From Octopus vulgaris (taxonomy: Eukaryota): a stretch of 64,000 bases of DNA. The stretch spans positions 72,974,001-73,038,000 of the forward strand of contig OX597825.1 of NCBI GenBank assembly GCA_951406725.2, in the 5' to 3' direction. Each line of letters opens with the position of its first letter. The stretch's first letter is position 1. The position numbers and the translations under genes were made by a program. Shown piece by piece: positions 13,274 through 26,258 of the stretch. A model generated the notes under the pieces. That model searched no databases, was not told where the DNA came from, and was given only the letters and a program-made list of their open reading frames with translations.

Positions 13274-13480
13274 ATGAGATACTTTTATCTACAGGCTGAA
13301 ACAGCTGTAAGATCCATTTTATGTGTATTATTTTTATGGTATTATCTTACTTACTGATGTATATTGTTTTATTCTGTTGAATTTGGATGTTCCTATTTAA
13401 GTAGTTAATAAATAATATGAATTGGTAATATCTGTAAGTCGATGATTGAAACGAATCTGTTTCCTCCATTTTCTTATTTG

Positions 13481-13523
<43 letters not shown>

Positions 13524-13921
13524 CCACTACACTCACGGAGTGGTTGGTGTTAGGAAGGACATCCAGCTGTAGAAACACTGCCAAATCAGACTAGAGCCTG
13601 GTGCAGCTCCCATGGCTTACCAGACCCTGGTCAAACCGTCCAACCCATACTAGCATGGAAAACAGACATTAAATGATGATGATGATGATGATGATGATGA
13701 TATATATCACCTGGATCAGCCAAGCTGTCAGGTGCTGAGTCAGTTCCACTGGCCACAACATTTGTTCTATTCCCCTTGTACTCTTGCTATTCCCCTTTTA
13801 TGTTGTTCCAAAATCATCTTCTCACCTGATTGTGCATATATATCATCATCATCGTCATCGTCGTCATCATTTAATATCCAATTTCATAATTTCTTATCTT
13901 AACCTGCAACAGCAACAGCAA

Positions 13922-14287
13922 GTGGAGGCGCAATGGCCCAGTGGTTAGGGCAGCGGACTCGCGGTCGGAGGATCGCGGTTTCGATTCCTAGACCGGGCGT
14001 TGTGTGTGTTTATTGAGCGAAAACACCTAAAGCTCCATGAGGCTCCGGCAGGGGGTGGTGGCGACCCCTGTTGTACTCTTATACTACAACTTTCTCTCAC
14101 TCTTTCTTCCTGTTTCTTGTCTCCGACTTCCTACGCAACCGCTGAGCCTGGATGCGCATTCGTCCATCTGTCGATGCTCTCGGTGTCGGGGTTGACCTGC
14201 TTTCTCTTCTGCGGGTCTTACGAATAGCAAAGGACCACGTTTTGGACTTCTCCCATCTTGCGAGCTCTGGGACGAAGACCGTTCGCT
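13922..14287 (+). mobile_element. SINE family B (tRNA-derived head) with tail type 1
   Basis: GTGGAGGCGCAATGGCCCAGTGGTTAGGGCAGCGGAC...GGTTTCGATTCC; flanked by CAACAGCAACAGCAA on both sides. Confidence 0.8.
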
Positions 14288-14302
14288 CAACAGCAACAGC
14301 AA

Positions 14303-14333
<31 letters not shown>

Positions 14334-14914
14334 AGCAACAACAAAAGAAACATTAAAAAAAGTGTAATTGGAAACAGTGGTCTTGACTGTATCTTTGTTA
14401 TAAGATGTGAGTGAGTGTTGATTGACTTGGGGAAACAATAGCATGAGTCATAAGGTAGACGTGTATGAACATAGAGGAGAAGCATATATGTATTGTATGT
14501 ATTTGTGTCTGTGTGTGTGTGTGTGTATCATCATCATCGTCATCATCGTTTAACGTCCGTTTTCCATGCTAGCATGGGTTGGACGGTTCAACTGGGGTCT
14601 GGGAAGCCAGGAGGCTGCACCAGGCTCCAGTCTGATCTGGCAGTGTTTCTACAGCTGGATGCCCTTCCTAACGCCAACCACTCCGTGAGTGTAGTGGGTG
14701 CTTTTATGTGCCAGATGAGGCTGGCAAACAGCCACGATCGGATGGTGCTTTTTACGTGTCACCGGCACGGAGGCCAGTCGGGGCGGCGCTGGCAATGGCC
14801 ACGTTCGGATGGTTCTCTTACGTGCCACCGGCACTGGTATCACTGCTACAATTTCCATTGATGTTGATTGAAAATGGAAAATATATATGTGTGTATATAT
14901 GTATTATATGTGCA

Positions 14915-14962
<48 letters not shown>

Positions 14963-15762
14963 CTTACTCTTTTACTTGTTTCGGTCATTTGACTGTGGTC
15001 ATGCTAGAGCACCACCTTTAGTCGAGCAAATCGACCCCAGGACTTATTCTTTGTAAGCCTAGTACTATCAGTCTCTTTTGCCGAACCGCTAAGTTACGGG
15101 GATGTAACCACAACAGCATCGGTTGTCAAGCGATGTTGGAGGGACAAACACAGACACACACGTCCCTTCCAGGTGGGGAACCTATATGCCAAGGAAACCG
15201 GGAAACCGGCCCTTATGAGCCAGCAGAAAACATGCCCAGCTCATACAAGTTGTGTGTGGTGTGTGTGTGTGTGTGTCTATCTATCTATCTATCTATCTGT
15301 CTATCTGTGTGTGTGTTTGTGTGTGTATGTATGCATATATATATATATATATATATATAATACCCACTACACTCACGGAGTGGTTGGCGTTAGGAAGCAC
15401 GATGGGCTTCTTTCAGTTTCCATCTACCAAATCCACTCACAAGGCTTTGGTCAGCCTGAGGCTATAGTAGAAGACACTTGCCCAAGGTGCCCAATGTGGT
15501 TGGTAAGCAAGCTACTTACCACACAGCCACTCCTGAATGCAGTCGAGACATAAGACAATTTGGAAGCCTGCTATGCAGTAAAGTTTTGTGATTAACTGGG
15601 CAAAAATCTAAAAGAAACTTATGAAATACTCCAGACTGGCCATGGATAGACTTGTATGAGCTGGGCATGTTTTCTGCTGGCACAAGAGGCCTGGCAAAGT
15701 AAGTCCACTGGGAAGCTCATGATGCCCTTTTGACAGCAAGGGTACCATCATCTACATCCACT

Positions 15763-16059
15763 TTTTGTTTGTTCCTTCTTGAGCCATGCCTGGCTCATAA
15801 GGGCCGGTTTCCTTGGCTTATAGGTTCCCCACCTGGAAGGGATGCTGGTCCGTCACAGGTGAGCTGCAAGATGCAGGAGGAAAGAATGAGAGAAAGTTGT
15901 GGCGAAAGAGTCAGCAGAAGTTTGCCATTACCTCCTGCCGGAGCCACGTGGAGCTTAGGTGTTTCGCTCATAAACACACACATCACCCGGTCTGAGATTC
16001 AAACCCGCAATCCCTCGATTGTGAGTCCGCTGCTCTAACCACTAGGCCATGTGCCTCCA
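15763..16059 (-). mobile_element. SINE family B with tail type 2, 14-bp TSD CATCTAC(A/G)TCCACT
   Basis: TSD at 15749-15762 and 16060-16073. Confidence 0.85.
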
Positions 16060-16159
16060 CATCTACGTCCACTGTATTCCTTCTGGCCAGATGGTCAACA
16101 AAGAGTACTTTCTGAAAGTTTTGTGGAAGTTCCGAAAAAGATTTTATCGTAAAAGTTCA

Positions 16160-16566
16160 GGCACAGGAGTGTGTGTGTGGTAAGTAGCTTGCTTACCAAC
16201 CACATGGTTACGGGTTCAGTCCCACTGCATGGCACCTTGGGCAAGTGTATTCTACTATAGCCTCGGGCCGACCAAAGCCTTGTGAGTGGATTTGGTAGAC
16301 GGAAACTGAAAAGAAGCCTGTCGTATATATTTATATATATATATGCATGTGTGTGTTTGTGTGTCTGTGTTTGTCCCCCTAGCATCGCTTGACAACCGAT
16401 GCTGGTGTGTTTATGTCCCCGTTACTTAGCGGTTCGGCAAAAGAGACCGATAGAATAAGTACTGGGCTTACAAAAGAATAAGTCCCGGGGTCGAGTTGCT
16501 CGATTAAAGGCGGTGCTCCAGCATGGCCGCAGTCAAATGACTGAAACAAGTAAAAGAGTAAAGAGA
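16160..16566 (+). mobile_element. SINE family A inside the mariner fossil
   Basis: Identity to other copies. Confidence 0.85.
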
Positions 16567-16932
16567 GAGAGAGAGCTCTTCCACTCGGGTCAATGGCACC
16601 TGTCCCAGGACAATACACCAGTCCACAATTCCATCTCAGTAGCCAACTACTTGAAAGAGATGGACATCAAAATTGTCCCCTATCTCCCTACGGTCTTGAC
16701 CCTCGTTCAGCTTCTCCTTTAGGTTGAGGAACGACTAAATAGTTGTTCCCCAAGTTCTTCAATTTGGAGGACTTCCGTAGGAACTTTATGGAATGGCTGG
16801 CGTGCCACATTCAGCGATCGGATTGGAGTCAGAGGATCTTGCTTTGAAGGAGACGAGAGATTTTGTACTTCGTTGAAATTAATAGATATTTCTCCTGGAA
16901 AAAAAAGTCTCAAAACTTCTGGAATGCACTTT

Positions 16933-16982
<50 letters not shown>

Positions 16983-17744
16983 ATGTGTGTTTGTGTGTGT
17001 GTGTGATAAAGAACACACACATGTACACTCTTAAGCACATAAACACACACACACAGACACGCATATACACACACATATACACATTTTTTTCATGACATTT
17101 CGTAGTTTTTATTCTTGGCAAGGGTTATCAACATTTGTTATTTGTGTCATTATAGAAAGTCAGAAGTGAGGTGTGTGTGTGGGTGTGGGTGTGGTAGGGG
17201 GTGGGCTATAGGATTGTCTTCAGATTAAAAAAGGAAAAAAAAGAACAGCAAACCAAAAAAAAAAAAAAGAAAAACATAAAATGAAATGAAACAAAAGCAA
17301 AAAAGAAAACATAAGGACCTAACCTTTTGTGGGGAACAATAACAGTGTCAAAAGCAACAATAGCAGCAATTCAAAGATAGTTTTCTGTATTCTGGAAGAA
17401 ATTTGAGAGAACATTGGGATAGAGAGAAGGAACATTTTCATGTAGTGAGAATAAAGGAGATTACACATAAGACAAACACACACACACACATGCATACACA
17501 CATGCACACTCACAAACACACACATACACACACACACATGCGCACACACATGCATGCATATATGCACTCTCTCTCTCTCACACACACACATCCTCTCAAT
17601 ATCTCCTCTCGCTTTCGTTCTCTCTCACACACACACACATACACACATCCGGCTGCCCCTTCATTCATCCATCCATCCATACATACATACATACATACAT
17701 GTGTACATACATACATACATGCACACATCTAGTACACATGTATA

Positions 17745-17775
<31 letters not shown>

Positions 17776-17849
17776 GTACATACATACATGCACACATCCA
17801 TCCGTTGTACACATGTACATACATACATATACTATATGTTTAATATTCA

Positions 17850-17938
17850 TGGGAGAAGAGGAGGAGGAAGAAAGAGAAGAAGAAGAGGAGAAAGAAATAG
17901 AAGAAAAAGACAAAGAAAAAATAGAAGAAGAGGGAGAA

Positions 17939-17970
<32 letters not shown>

Positions 17971-18905
17971 GGAAGAGGAAAAGGAAGAAGAAGAAGAGGA
18001 AAAGGAAGCGGAAGAGGAAAATGAAGGAGAGGGAGAAGAAGAAGAAGAAGAAGAAGAGGGAGAAGAAGAAGAAGAGGGAGAAGAAGAAGAAGAGGGAGAA
18101 GAAGAGGGAGAAGAAGAAGAAGAAGAAGAAGAAGAACAACAACAACAACAACACCAACAACAACAACAAGAACAATAACAACAACAACAACAAGGCAGTG
18201 TTGAGTTGGTTTAATATTTTTTGAAATTTGAGTCACTCAAATATTTGAATCATCTTTTGAGAGGAAATGATTAACGTTTCATAAGTATTAAATGACAATA
18301 TCTCTTTTTTTTTTCTCCTGTTCCTGGGTTTGTTTTACGTCTTGCTTTTTTTTTTTTTTTTTACTCTTATTATTATTCTTTTATTTTGAAACTTATTTCC
18401 TTCTGCTGGAACGTTCCTCCATTTCTTGTTGTTATGAAAACAGTCGGTGATTGCTCTTCTGCTCTCCATTGCAATGTCTCTCCGTATTTTATACCCTGAC
18501 ATTAAATGCAGACTGTATAAGTAACTAATAAATGTTCGCTATTATTCGGCCATTACCAACACCATTACTACCACCACCACCACCACCAACACTGCCGCCG
18601 CCACCACCACCACTGCCACCACTGTCACCACCACCAGCACCTCAACCACCACCACCGCCACCACCACCATTACCACCACCACCACCACCACCACCACCAC
18701 CACCACCACCACCACACCACCACCACCACCACCACCACCACCACCACATCACCACCACCACCACCACCATTACCACCACCACCACCATCACCACCACCAC
18801 CACCACCATCACCACCACCACCACCACCACCACCACCACCACCACCAAAACCACCACCACTGCCACCACCAGCACCAGCACCACCACCACCATTTCACCC
18901 ACCAC
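17850..18905. repeat. (GAA/GAG)n-(CAA)n tract (17850-18192) and (CCA)n tract (18555-18905)
   Basis: Direct reading. Confidence 0.9.
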
Positions 18906-18927
18906 CAATATATATATATACATATAT

Positions 18928-19242
18928 ATCTGTAAATGTAATATGTGACAATTATTCGGTAGCCATGATAAAACTCCGAGTTTCAGATGCTGAGGTGGAA
19001 ATCCATGCCGCCATCTCTTCAGTTATCCGTCTATATATGCACGTTCTTGCATGCACGCACACATGCACACATCTATATACGTACATCGGTCAATCACAGT
19101 AATTTCCCTTTGTATAACGGTCAGTTTTCGTAGCATTTGTCCGATGGCCGGATAACTGAAGAGATGGCGGCGTGGATTTCCACCTTGACATCCGAAACTC
19201 AGTTTTTATCATGGCTACTGAATAATTGTCAAATTTACAGAT
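18928..19242. mobile_element. Foldback/MITE with ~85-100 bp inverted repeats
   Basis: GACAATTATTCGGTAGCCATGATAAAACT...CCGCCATCTCTTCAGTTATCCG is mirrored at 19149-19230. Confidence 0.7.
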
Positions 19243-20348
19243 AAATTCCTCTTTTTACATAATATCGAGATCTCTTTCTTTCTTTTGTTGTTTTACCATT
19301 TTTATCAATATATATCATCATCATCATCATCATCATTTAGCGTCCGCTTTCCATGCTAGCATAGGTTGGACGGTTCAACTGGGGTCTGGGAAGCCAGAAG
19401 GCTGCACCAGGCTCCAGTCTGATCTGGCAATGTTTCTACGGCTGGATGCCCTTCCTAACGCCAACCACTCCGTGAGTGTAGTGGGTGCTTTTTACATGCC
19501 ACCGGCACAGGTGCCAGGCGGGGCTGGCAAACGGCCACGGTCAGATGGTTCTTTTTACGTGCCACCGGCACAGGGGCCAGGTGAGGCTGGGAACAGCCAC
19601 GATCGGATGGTGCTTTTTACATGACACCGGCACGGGGGCCAGGCGAGGTTGGCAACGGCCACGATCGGATGGTGCTTTTTACTTGCCATTGGCACGATGT
19701 ATGTGTGTGTTATTGTTTCCTTGCCTTGATGTTGTGTGGTAATTGTAAACAAGTGTCCCTGTCATGCAAGTGGTACCCTTCATTTCCAATCTTCCATGAA
19801 AACATGTCTGGTCATGGGATGATATACACCTTACTGGGAAACAGGTGAGGGTTGGCACCAGAAAGGGCATTCGACTGTAGGATATCTGCCTCAGCTAATT
19901 CCATCCAACCCATGCCAGCATAGAAAAGTGGATGTTTAAACAACACTGCTGCTGCTACAGATGAGGTTGATGATGATGATGATGATGATTGTATAGCCTT
20001 TCTCACAGAGAACCTCCTTATCTTGTTCCCTCACATACATTCTTTCTCTTTGTCTTATTTATTTCCGTCTCACATACCATTTCAGTCTCTGTCTCTTTCT
20101 CTCTCTCTCTCTCTATCTCTCCATCAGATCTGTCTCTAATCTTGTTCCCCTCTCTCTCTCTGTCTTTCTATCTTTATCTCTCTCCCTCTCTCTTTCTCTC
20201 TTGCTTTCTATCCCCCTCTCTATCTCTCTATCTCTCCATCAGATCTGTCTTTAACCTGTTCCTTTCTCTCTGTCTCTCTCTCTCCGTCTTTCTCTCTCTC
20301 TCTCTCTCTATCTTTCTCTCTGTCTTTCTCTCTCTCTCTTTCTGTCTT

Positions 20349-20383
<35 letters not shown>

Positions 20384-20518
20384 GTCTTTCTCTGTCTTTC
20401 TCTCTCTGTCTCGGTCTCTGTCTCTGTCTCTGTCTCTCTTTCTGTCTTTCTCTCTCTCTGTGTCTTTCTCTGTCTTTCTCTCTCTGTCTCGGTCTCTGTC
20501 TCTGTCTCTCTCTCTGTT

Positions 20519-20553
<35 letters not shown>

Positions 20554-20554
20554 T

Positions 20555-20611
<57 letters not shown>

Positions 20612-21133
20612 ATATCTCATATGTCTCATCTCCCTCCGTCAGATTTTCTATCTCTAATCCTGTTCCTTTCTCCTTTCTCACTCTGCCTTTCTATCCTTTG
20701 CACATTTTTTTCATTCTCTCACTCATTCTCCCTCACATCATATCCCCTTTCTCTCCTTGTGCTCATCCTTTCTCTCCTCCTCTCTCACTATACAAAAAAC
20801 AATACATAAAGAATAACCATATTTGATTATAAACCATGACTCATTACTCTACCATTAATCAAATAAAAACTGCCCCTACCATTTCTGGTTTCACTGGCAT
20901 ATTTTTTTATTCCTTTTCTTTTTTCTCTTGATTTTGCCATAAATATTTTTTAAACTCTCTAACAATATATAACTCTAGCTATGTACCTACATAACTACCC
21001 TACATTTCCATTTACTTATCATTCTACCTGCCCTACTCACCTATCTACCTACCTACCTACTTACCTGCCTACCTATCTACCTACACACACACACACAGAT
21101 ATGAATATACGCATCATATATATGTCTATATGC

Positions 21134-21170
<37 letters not shown>

Positions 21171-21277
21171 TCTCTTGTCTTTCATCCTTTCGGTCGATTA
21201 AATAAGTACAGTTACGCACTGGGTCACAATCGACTAATCTTGTCTGTCCTTGTTTGTCCCTCTATGTTTAGCCCTAA

Positions 21278-21320
<43 letters not shown>

Positions 21321-21381
21321 TATATATATATTTAAACTGATGGTATTATTAAATTAATATCAAATTTTTCACCCTCATTTA

Positions 21382-21424
<43 letters not shown>

Positions 21425-21429
<5 letters not shown>

Positions 21430-21718
21430 CTTAGATATGTTTCGACCAAAGATTGGTCCAGGCCATGTCTAACTTAATAGCACCACCTGATAGGATTATC
21501 TAAATCCTGTTTAAGTCAAGTTTTGTTTATGATCCATTCAAGTAGTGAGTTCTTGTTGGGTGAGTTGTATCCAATTATGGGTGGCTTATCTGGTATTCCT
21601 TGAAGGAATCTATCCAGACTCTGTTTAAAGTTGATGGGATCCTTTTCCTCTTTGATCTCTTTCGGGACAATGTTAAATAGGGCAGGGCCTGTTGAGAAAA
21701 AGAAATTATGTTGCAGTG
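21425..21718 (-). mobile_element. CR1-group LINE 3' fragment (ORF2 C-terminus plus 3'UTR)
   Basis: FSTGPALFNIVPKEIK...FKQSLDRFLQGIPDKP...NSL; the same 3' end recurs at 53063-53140. Confidence 0.7.
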
Positions 21719-21736
21719 TACATATATATATATATA

Positions 21737-22081
21737 TTTCACTGAAGCTCCGGCGTCTGGCGACGGACTTGGTAAACACCCACAAGGTTATCAACCACCT
21801 CACCAACAACAACACTGAACACCTTTTTGATCTCCATGTGTCTAACACACGTGGACATGCCTACAAAGTCAGAAAACAGCACAGCTCCCATGACTTTCGG
21901 AAACATTTTTTCACGCTCAGGGTTGCTGAAGCGTGGAATAAACTGCCTGCATCAGTTGTTGACTGCCATGACACTGCATCCTTTAAGGCCCTCATGCTTC
22001 CCGAAATCCGTCGAAACTACACCTGATTATATATACACTTTAGATGAGTTGTAGTGCACCTGAGCACTGTACACAATTATT

Positions 22082-22097
<16 letters not shown>
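21737..22097 (+). mobile_element. CR1-group LINE 3' fragment with (ATT)n tail
   Basis: LRRLATDL...TRGHAYKV...RKHFFTLRVAEAWNKLP..FK is the typical CR1 ORF2 C-terminus. Confidence 0.85.
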
Positions 22098-22131
<34 letters not shown>

Positions 22132-22947
22132 TGCACGAGTGGCTGTGTGGTAAGTTGATTGCTTACCAACCACATTTGATTTTTTACATTTTGAGTTCAA
22201 ATTCCACCGTGGCCATCTTTGCCTTTTATCCTTTTGGGGTTGATAAAATATGCACCAGTTGAGCACTGGGGTTGATGTAAGTGACTTAACTCTTTTCATG
22301 AAGTTGCAGGCCCTGTGCCAAAATTTGAAACCAATATTTCAACATGTTAATGTAAGACATCCTAAGTTGGCAAGCTGGCGGAGTTGTTAGCACGCCAGGC
22401 AAAATGCTTAGCAGCATTTCATCCATATTTTATGTTATGAGTTCAAATTCTGCCAGAGTCAACTTTGCTTTTGTTCTTTTGGGGTTGGTAAATAAGTCCC
22501 AGTTGAGCAATGGGGTTGATGTAATTGCTTTAACCCCTCTCCTCAAAATCTGCTGGCCCTGCACCAAAATTTGAAACTAGTATTACATGTGGTGAGCTGG
22601 CAGAATCATTAGCACACTGGACAAAATGCTTGGCAGTATTTTGCCCTTCTTGTAGGTTCTGAGTTCAAATTCTGCCAAGGTCAACTTTGTCTTTCATTCT
22701 TTTCGGGCCAGTAAAATACGTACCATTTGAACACTGGGGTGATGTAACTGACTTACCCCCACTCCCTAAATTGCTGGCCTTGTGCCAAAATCTGAAACCA
22801 ATATTTATTTGCTATTTATAGCTTTATGTGCTTCGAGATCCACTGTTCCAAAAACCAGTTATTAATGATGTTGTTTTCCTGTTCTATTGCAGTGTCATCA
22901 TCGCTTAGTAAATAAACAGCAATGTCACGAATTTAACAATTGTCCTA

Positions 22948-23225
22948 TGGTGAGGGCACGTGGCTTAGTGGTTAGGGTATTTAACTCATGACCATAGGGA
23001 CAGGAGTTCAATTCCCAGCAATGCACTGTGTCCTTTAGAAAGATACTTTATTTAACATTGCTCCAGTCTATTCAGCTGGCAAAAAGGGGTTGTTCATCTA
23101 TTTCAAAGGGCCAGCATTGTTACACTCTGTCTCACACTGAATCTCCCTGAGAACTATGTTAAGGTTACACATATCTGTGGAGCGCTCAGCCACTTGCTGT
23201 ATGTTTATTTCATGAGCAGGCTGTT
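22948..23225 (+). mobile_element. SINE with family E-like tRNA head and tail type 3
   Basis: GGCTTAGTGGTTAGG...GAGTTCAATTCC head; tail matches the reverse complement of 27560-27740. Confidence 0.7.
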
Positions 23226-23708
23226 GTTGTAATTGACAGAGTGCTATTTTAGTGCCTTTGTTGTTGTAATTGACAGAGTGCTATTTTAGTGCCTTTGTTG
23301 TTGTAATTGACAGAGTGCTATTTTAGTGCCTTTGTTGTTGTAATTGACAGAGTGCTATTTTAGTGCCTTTGTTGTTGTAATTGACAGAGTGCTATTTTAG
23401 TGCCTTTGTTGTTGTAATTGACTGAGTGCTATTTTAGTGCCTTTGTTGTAATTGACAGAGTGCTATTTTAGTGCCTTTGTTGTTGTAATTGACAGAGTGC
23501 TATTTTAGTGCCTTTGTTGTTGTAATTGACAGAGTGCTATTTTAGTGCCTTTGTTGTTGTAATTTGTTGTTGTAATTGACAGTGCTATTTTAGTGCCTTT
23601 GTTGTTGTAATTGACTGAGTGCTATTTTAGTGCCTTTGTTGTAATTGACAGAGTGCTATTCTAGTGCCTTTGTTGTTGTAATTGACAGAGTGCTATTTTA
23701 GTGCCTTG
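23223..23708. repeat. 37-bp minisatellite, ~13 copies (TTGTTGTAATTGACAGAGTGCTATTTTAGTGCCTTTG)
   Basis: Period 37 (AATTGACAG at 23231, 23268, ...), contiguous units with no spacers. Confidence 0.95.
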
Positions 23709-23770
23709 TGTTACAGGAATCTGAAAATTTTGCTTTTCTTTGACTTTTCCTTTTCTTGGCTTCATTTCAG

Positions 23771-23901
23771 ACAATAAAATCAAAGAACTGCCACCATTCG
23801 ATGGATCAGAATTCCAGCATCTTACCGTTCTCAAAATTGAAGGAAATAGAATTGAAAACATTGAGACGTTCAATATACCAAATCTGAAAATACTGCATCT
23901 T
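23771..23901 (+). CDS. LRRC23: LRRC23 coding exon 4
   Basis: TTTCAG|NKIKELPPFDGSEFQHLTVLKIEGNRIENIETFNIPNLKILHL|GTAAGC; phases 1/0 consistent. Confidence 0.93.
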
Positions 23902-24399
23902 GTAAGCCATAGTTTCTTAATCTTTGCTCTTTGGCACCCCCACTCCCCAGTATTTGACTGGTCCATTATTTTATGGACTCTTCAAGGTTGGAAAGCAAAG
24001 CTGATATCAACAAGAGTTCAACTCGGAATGTGAAGGGTTTTAAGAAGTACCACAAGGTACTTTTTCCCCAATGCTCTAACAATTCTGTTAGCCACCTTAA
24101 TGATGATGATGGTGATGGTGGTGGTAGTGGTGGTGGTAGTGGTGGCGGTAGTGGTGGCAGTAGTGGTGGTGGTTGTGGTGGTGGTGATGATGATGATTAA
24201 TAATGATGATGATGATGATGATGATGGTGATGGTGATGGTGGTGGTGGTGGTGGTAGTGATGATGATGATAATGATGATTTCATTTATTTGCCACAAGGA
24301 CGAAGGATGAGGGGGACAATACCATGACAAACATAAAATGTTGGGGTTTACATATAATGGAATGATAAAATGATTATATGAAAAAAAATGTAATGGTGA

Positions 24400-25390
24400 A
24401 ACTTAAAGAAGTCAATGAGAGCTCTACCAAACAGGGATGTATCTGTCCTCATGCCTTTCAGCTTTGTCCACCAAACAACCTCTTTTGTCACAGCCACCAG
24501 ACAAAGGTAAACTGCCTTGCCTGCTTAATGGAAGGAAGGCAGTGGGGCAATCATCACTAAAAACTTGGCTGATAGATGGATCTGTCCCACATGTGACAGC
24601 AGCTGTTTGACATAACCCCTCAAGTCAGCAATGCTTGGATACTGAATGAGTGCATGCAGAATGGTTTTGTTACTCTGTGTGCACCTTGGACAAGCCTGTC
24701 TGACAGCAAATCCATGCCTACAGGGTTTATCTCGAACTGGTATCCCCCCCCCCCCAAGCCAAGGACATCCGGAAATTATCCATGATAGTCCCTGATGGGA
24801 AAGTCCTCTGGAACAGACTAGCCAGTTTGTTTTCATCATTGTTCAGAGTCTCCCCAAGAACATCGTTGCACTTCCCTACCACTGATCCTGTATAAATTTC
24901 TAAAACAGAACATCCACTGATCCCTTTACTTGATTGGTAGAGGGTTGTGAGTACCTGACGACATTCTAGGTGCTGGGTGCCAAGTCTTGGTCTTTTCTTC
25001 ACCCAGGATTGCAGCTCCGTCAAGGAGACAAGGTGTGTAAAAACAAGCCTCACAAATGGAGCCCACACATGCTCACTGTACAGAAATCGTAGCAGGAGCT
25101 GTAACCTTGGAGCATGTTTGCACATTAAGTGCCATGGTATACCTAATCTGCCACCCAGAGGATGCTAGCAACAGACAGATTACCTGACCATTAGAACACA
25201 TCCCTTCCACAAGAGTTTAGATAAGAGACACTCCAACCTGGTCAAGCAGTAACCAGGACAAGCCACAATGGTCCGGCAGTAAACGATAATGGAAGTGATG
25301 TAGGCATTTGTCACCTCTGCCTGACCTTTCAGGGACAGCTTCCTCTCAGTCTATTTCTGGGTAAGACTGACCACCCTGTTTGCCACCTTG
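24400..25390 (-). mobile_element. Degenerate Tx1/L1-clade LINE ORF2 fragment (post-RT region and zinc knuckle)
   Basis: LSLKGQAEVTNAYITSII and VRDKPCRHGFAVRQACPRC...TILHAL motifs, with frameshifts and stops. Confidence 0.7.
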
Positions 25391-25494
25391 TCCCAATTCT
25401 TATCAACCTGCAAGTCAGGATCAAATCAGTGCTCCACAGGTATATATTTCATTCAGCCTGAAAGGACAAAAGGCAAAGTCAACCCCAGCGGAAT

Positions 25495-25541
25495 TTCTAT
25501 TACTATTACTGTTGCTACTGCTTCTGCTGCTGCTGCTGCTG

Positions 25542-25575
<34 letters not shown>

Positions 25576-26160
25576 CACCACCACCACCACCACCAATAAT
25601 ATTAATAATAATAATAAAAATAATAATAATGATGATAATAATAATAATGATGATGATTATGCAAAGTAGTTTGTCTGACTCAGTAGGGTTTCTGTCGGCT
25701 CATTGTTTGATAATAATGATAATTTTGACAAAGGCAGTGACAATAATGGTGGTGGTGATAGTAGTGGTGGTGGTGGTGGTGGTGGTGGTGGTGGTGGTGG
25801 TGGTAGTGGTGGTGGTTGGTGGTGGTGGTGGTGGTCGTGGTGGTGGTGGTGGTGGTGGTAGTGGTGGTGGTGGTGGTGATGTTGGTGGTGGTGGTGTTGG
25901 TAGTGGTGGTGATGTTGGTGGTGGTGGTGGTGGTGGTGGTGGTGGTGGTGATGGTGGTGGTGGTGGTGGTGGTGATGTTGGTGGTGTTGGTAGTGGTGGT
26001 GGTGGTAGTGGTGGTGGTGGTGGTGGTGGTAGTGGTGGTGTTGGTGTTGGTAGTGGTGGTGGTGGTAATGGTGGTGGTGGTGGTGGTGGTGGTGGTGGTG
26101 GTAGTGACGGTAGCGGTGGCGGCAGTGATGGCAGAAGAAGAAGAACAACAACAACAAAGA
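25495..26160. repeat. Compound trinucleotide microsatellites including a ~400-bp (GGT)n tract
   Basis: Direct reading. Confidence 0.9.
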
Positions 26161-26223
26161 CATGAACAATAGTTTGGAATTTATTTTTGTTTTTTATCAC
26201 AATTTATTCAAGTATCTGTCAGT

Positions 26224-26258
<35 letters not shown>

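Larger units (their letters stand above)
15540..16935 (+). mobile_element. Degenerate mariner transposon interrupted by two SINEs
   Basis: Fragments AVKFC*LGKNLKETYEILQ, FDSKGTIIYIHCIPSGQMVNKEYFLKVL and WHLSQDNTPVHNS match mariner transposase motifs; right TIR-like end ...AAACTTCTGGAATGCACTTTGTA. Confidence 0.75.

Noticed and set aside
17699-18178. 159-aa poly-Glu ORF as an extra LRRC23 exon
   Set aside because: Pure GAA/CAA microsatellite; exons 3 and 4 already join in phase with continuous LRR homology
23223-23708. 37-bp repeats as a CRISPR array
   Set aside because: Units are contiguous with no unique spacers, there are no cas genes, and the context is a eukaryotic intron
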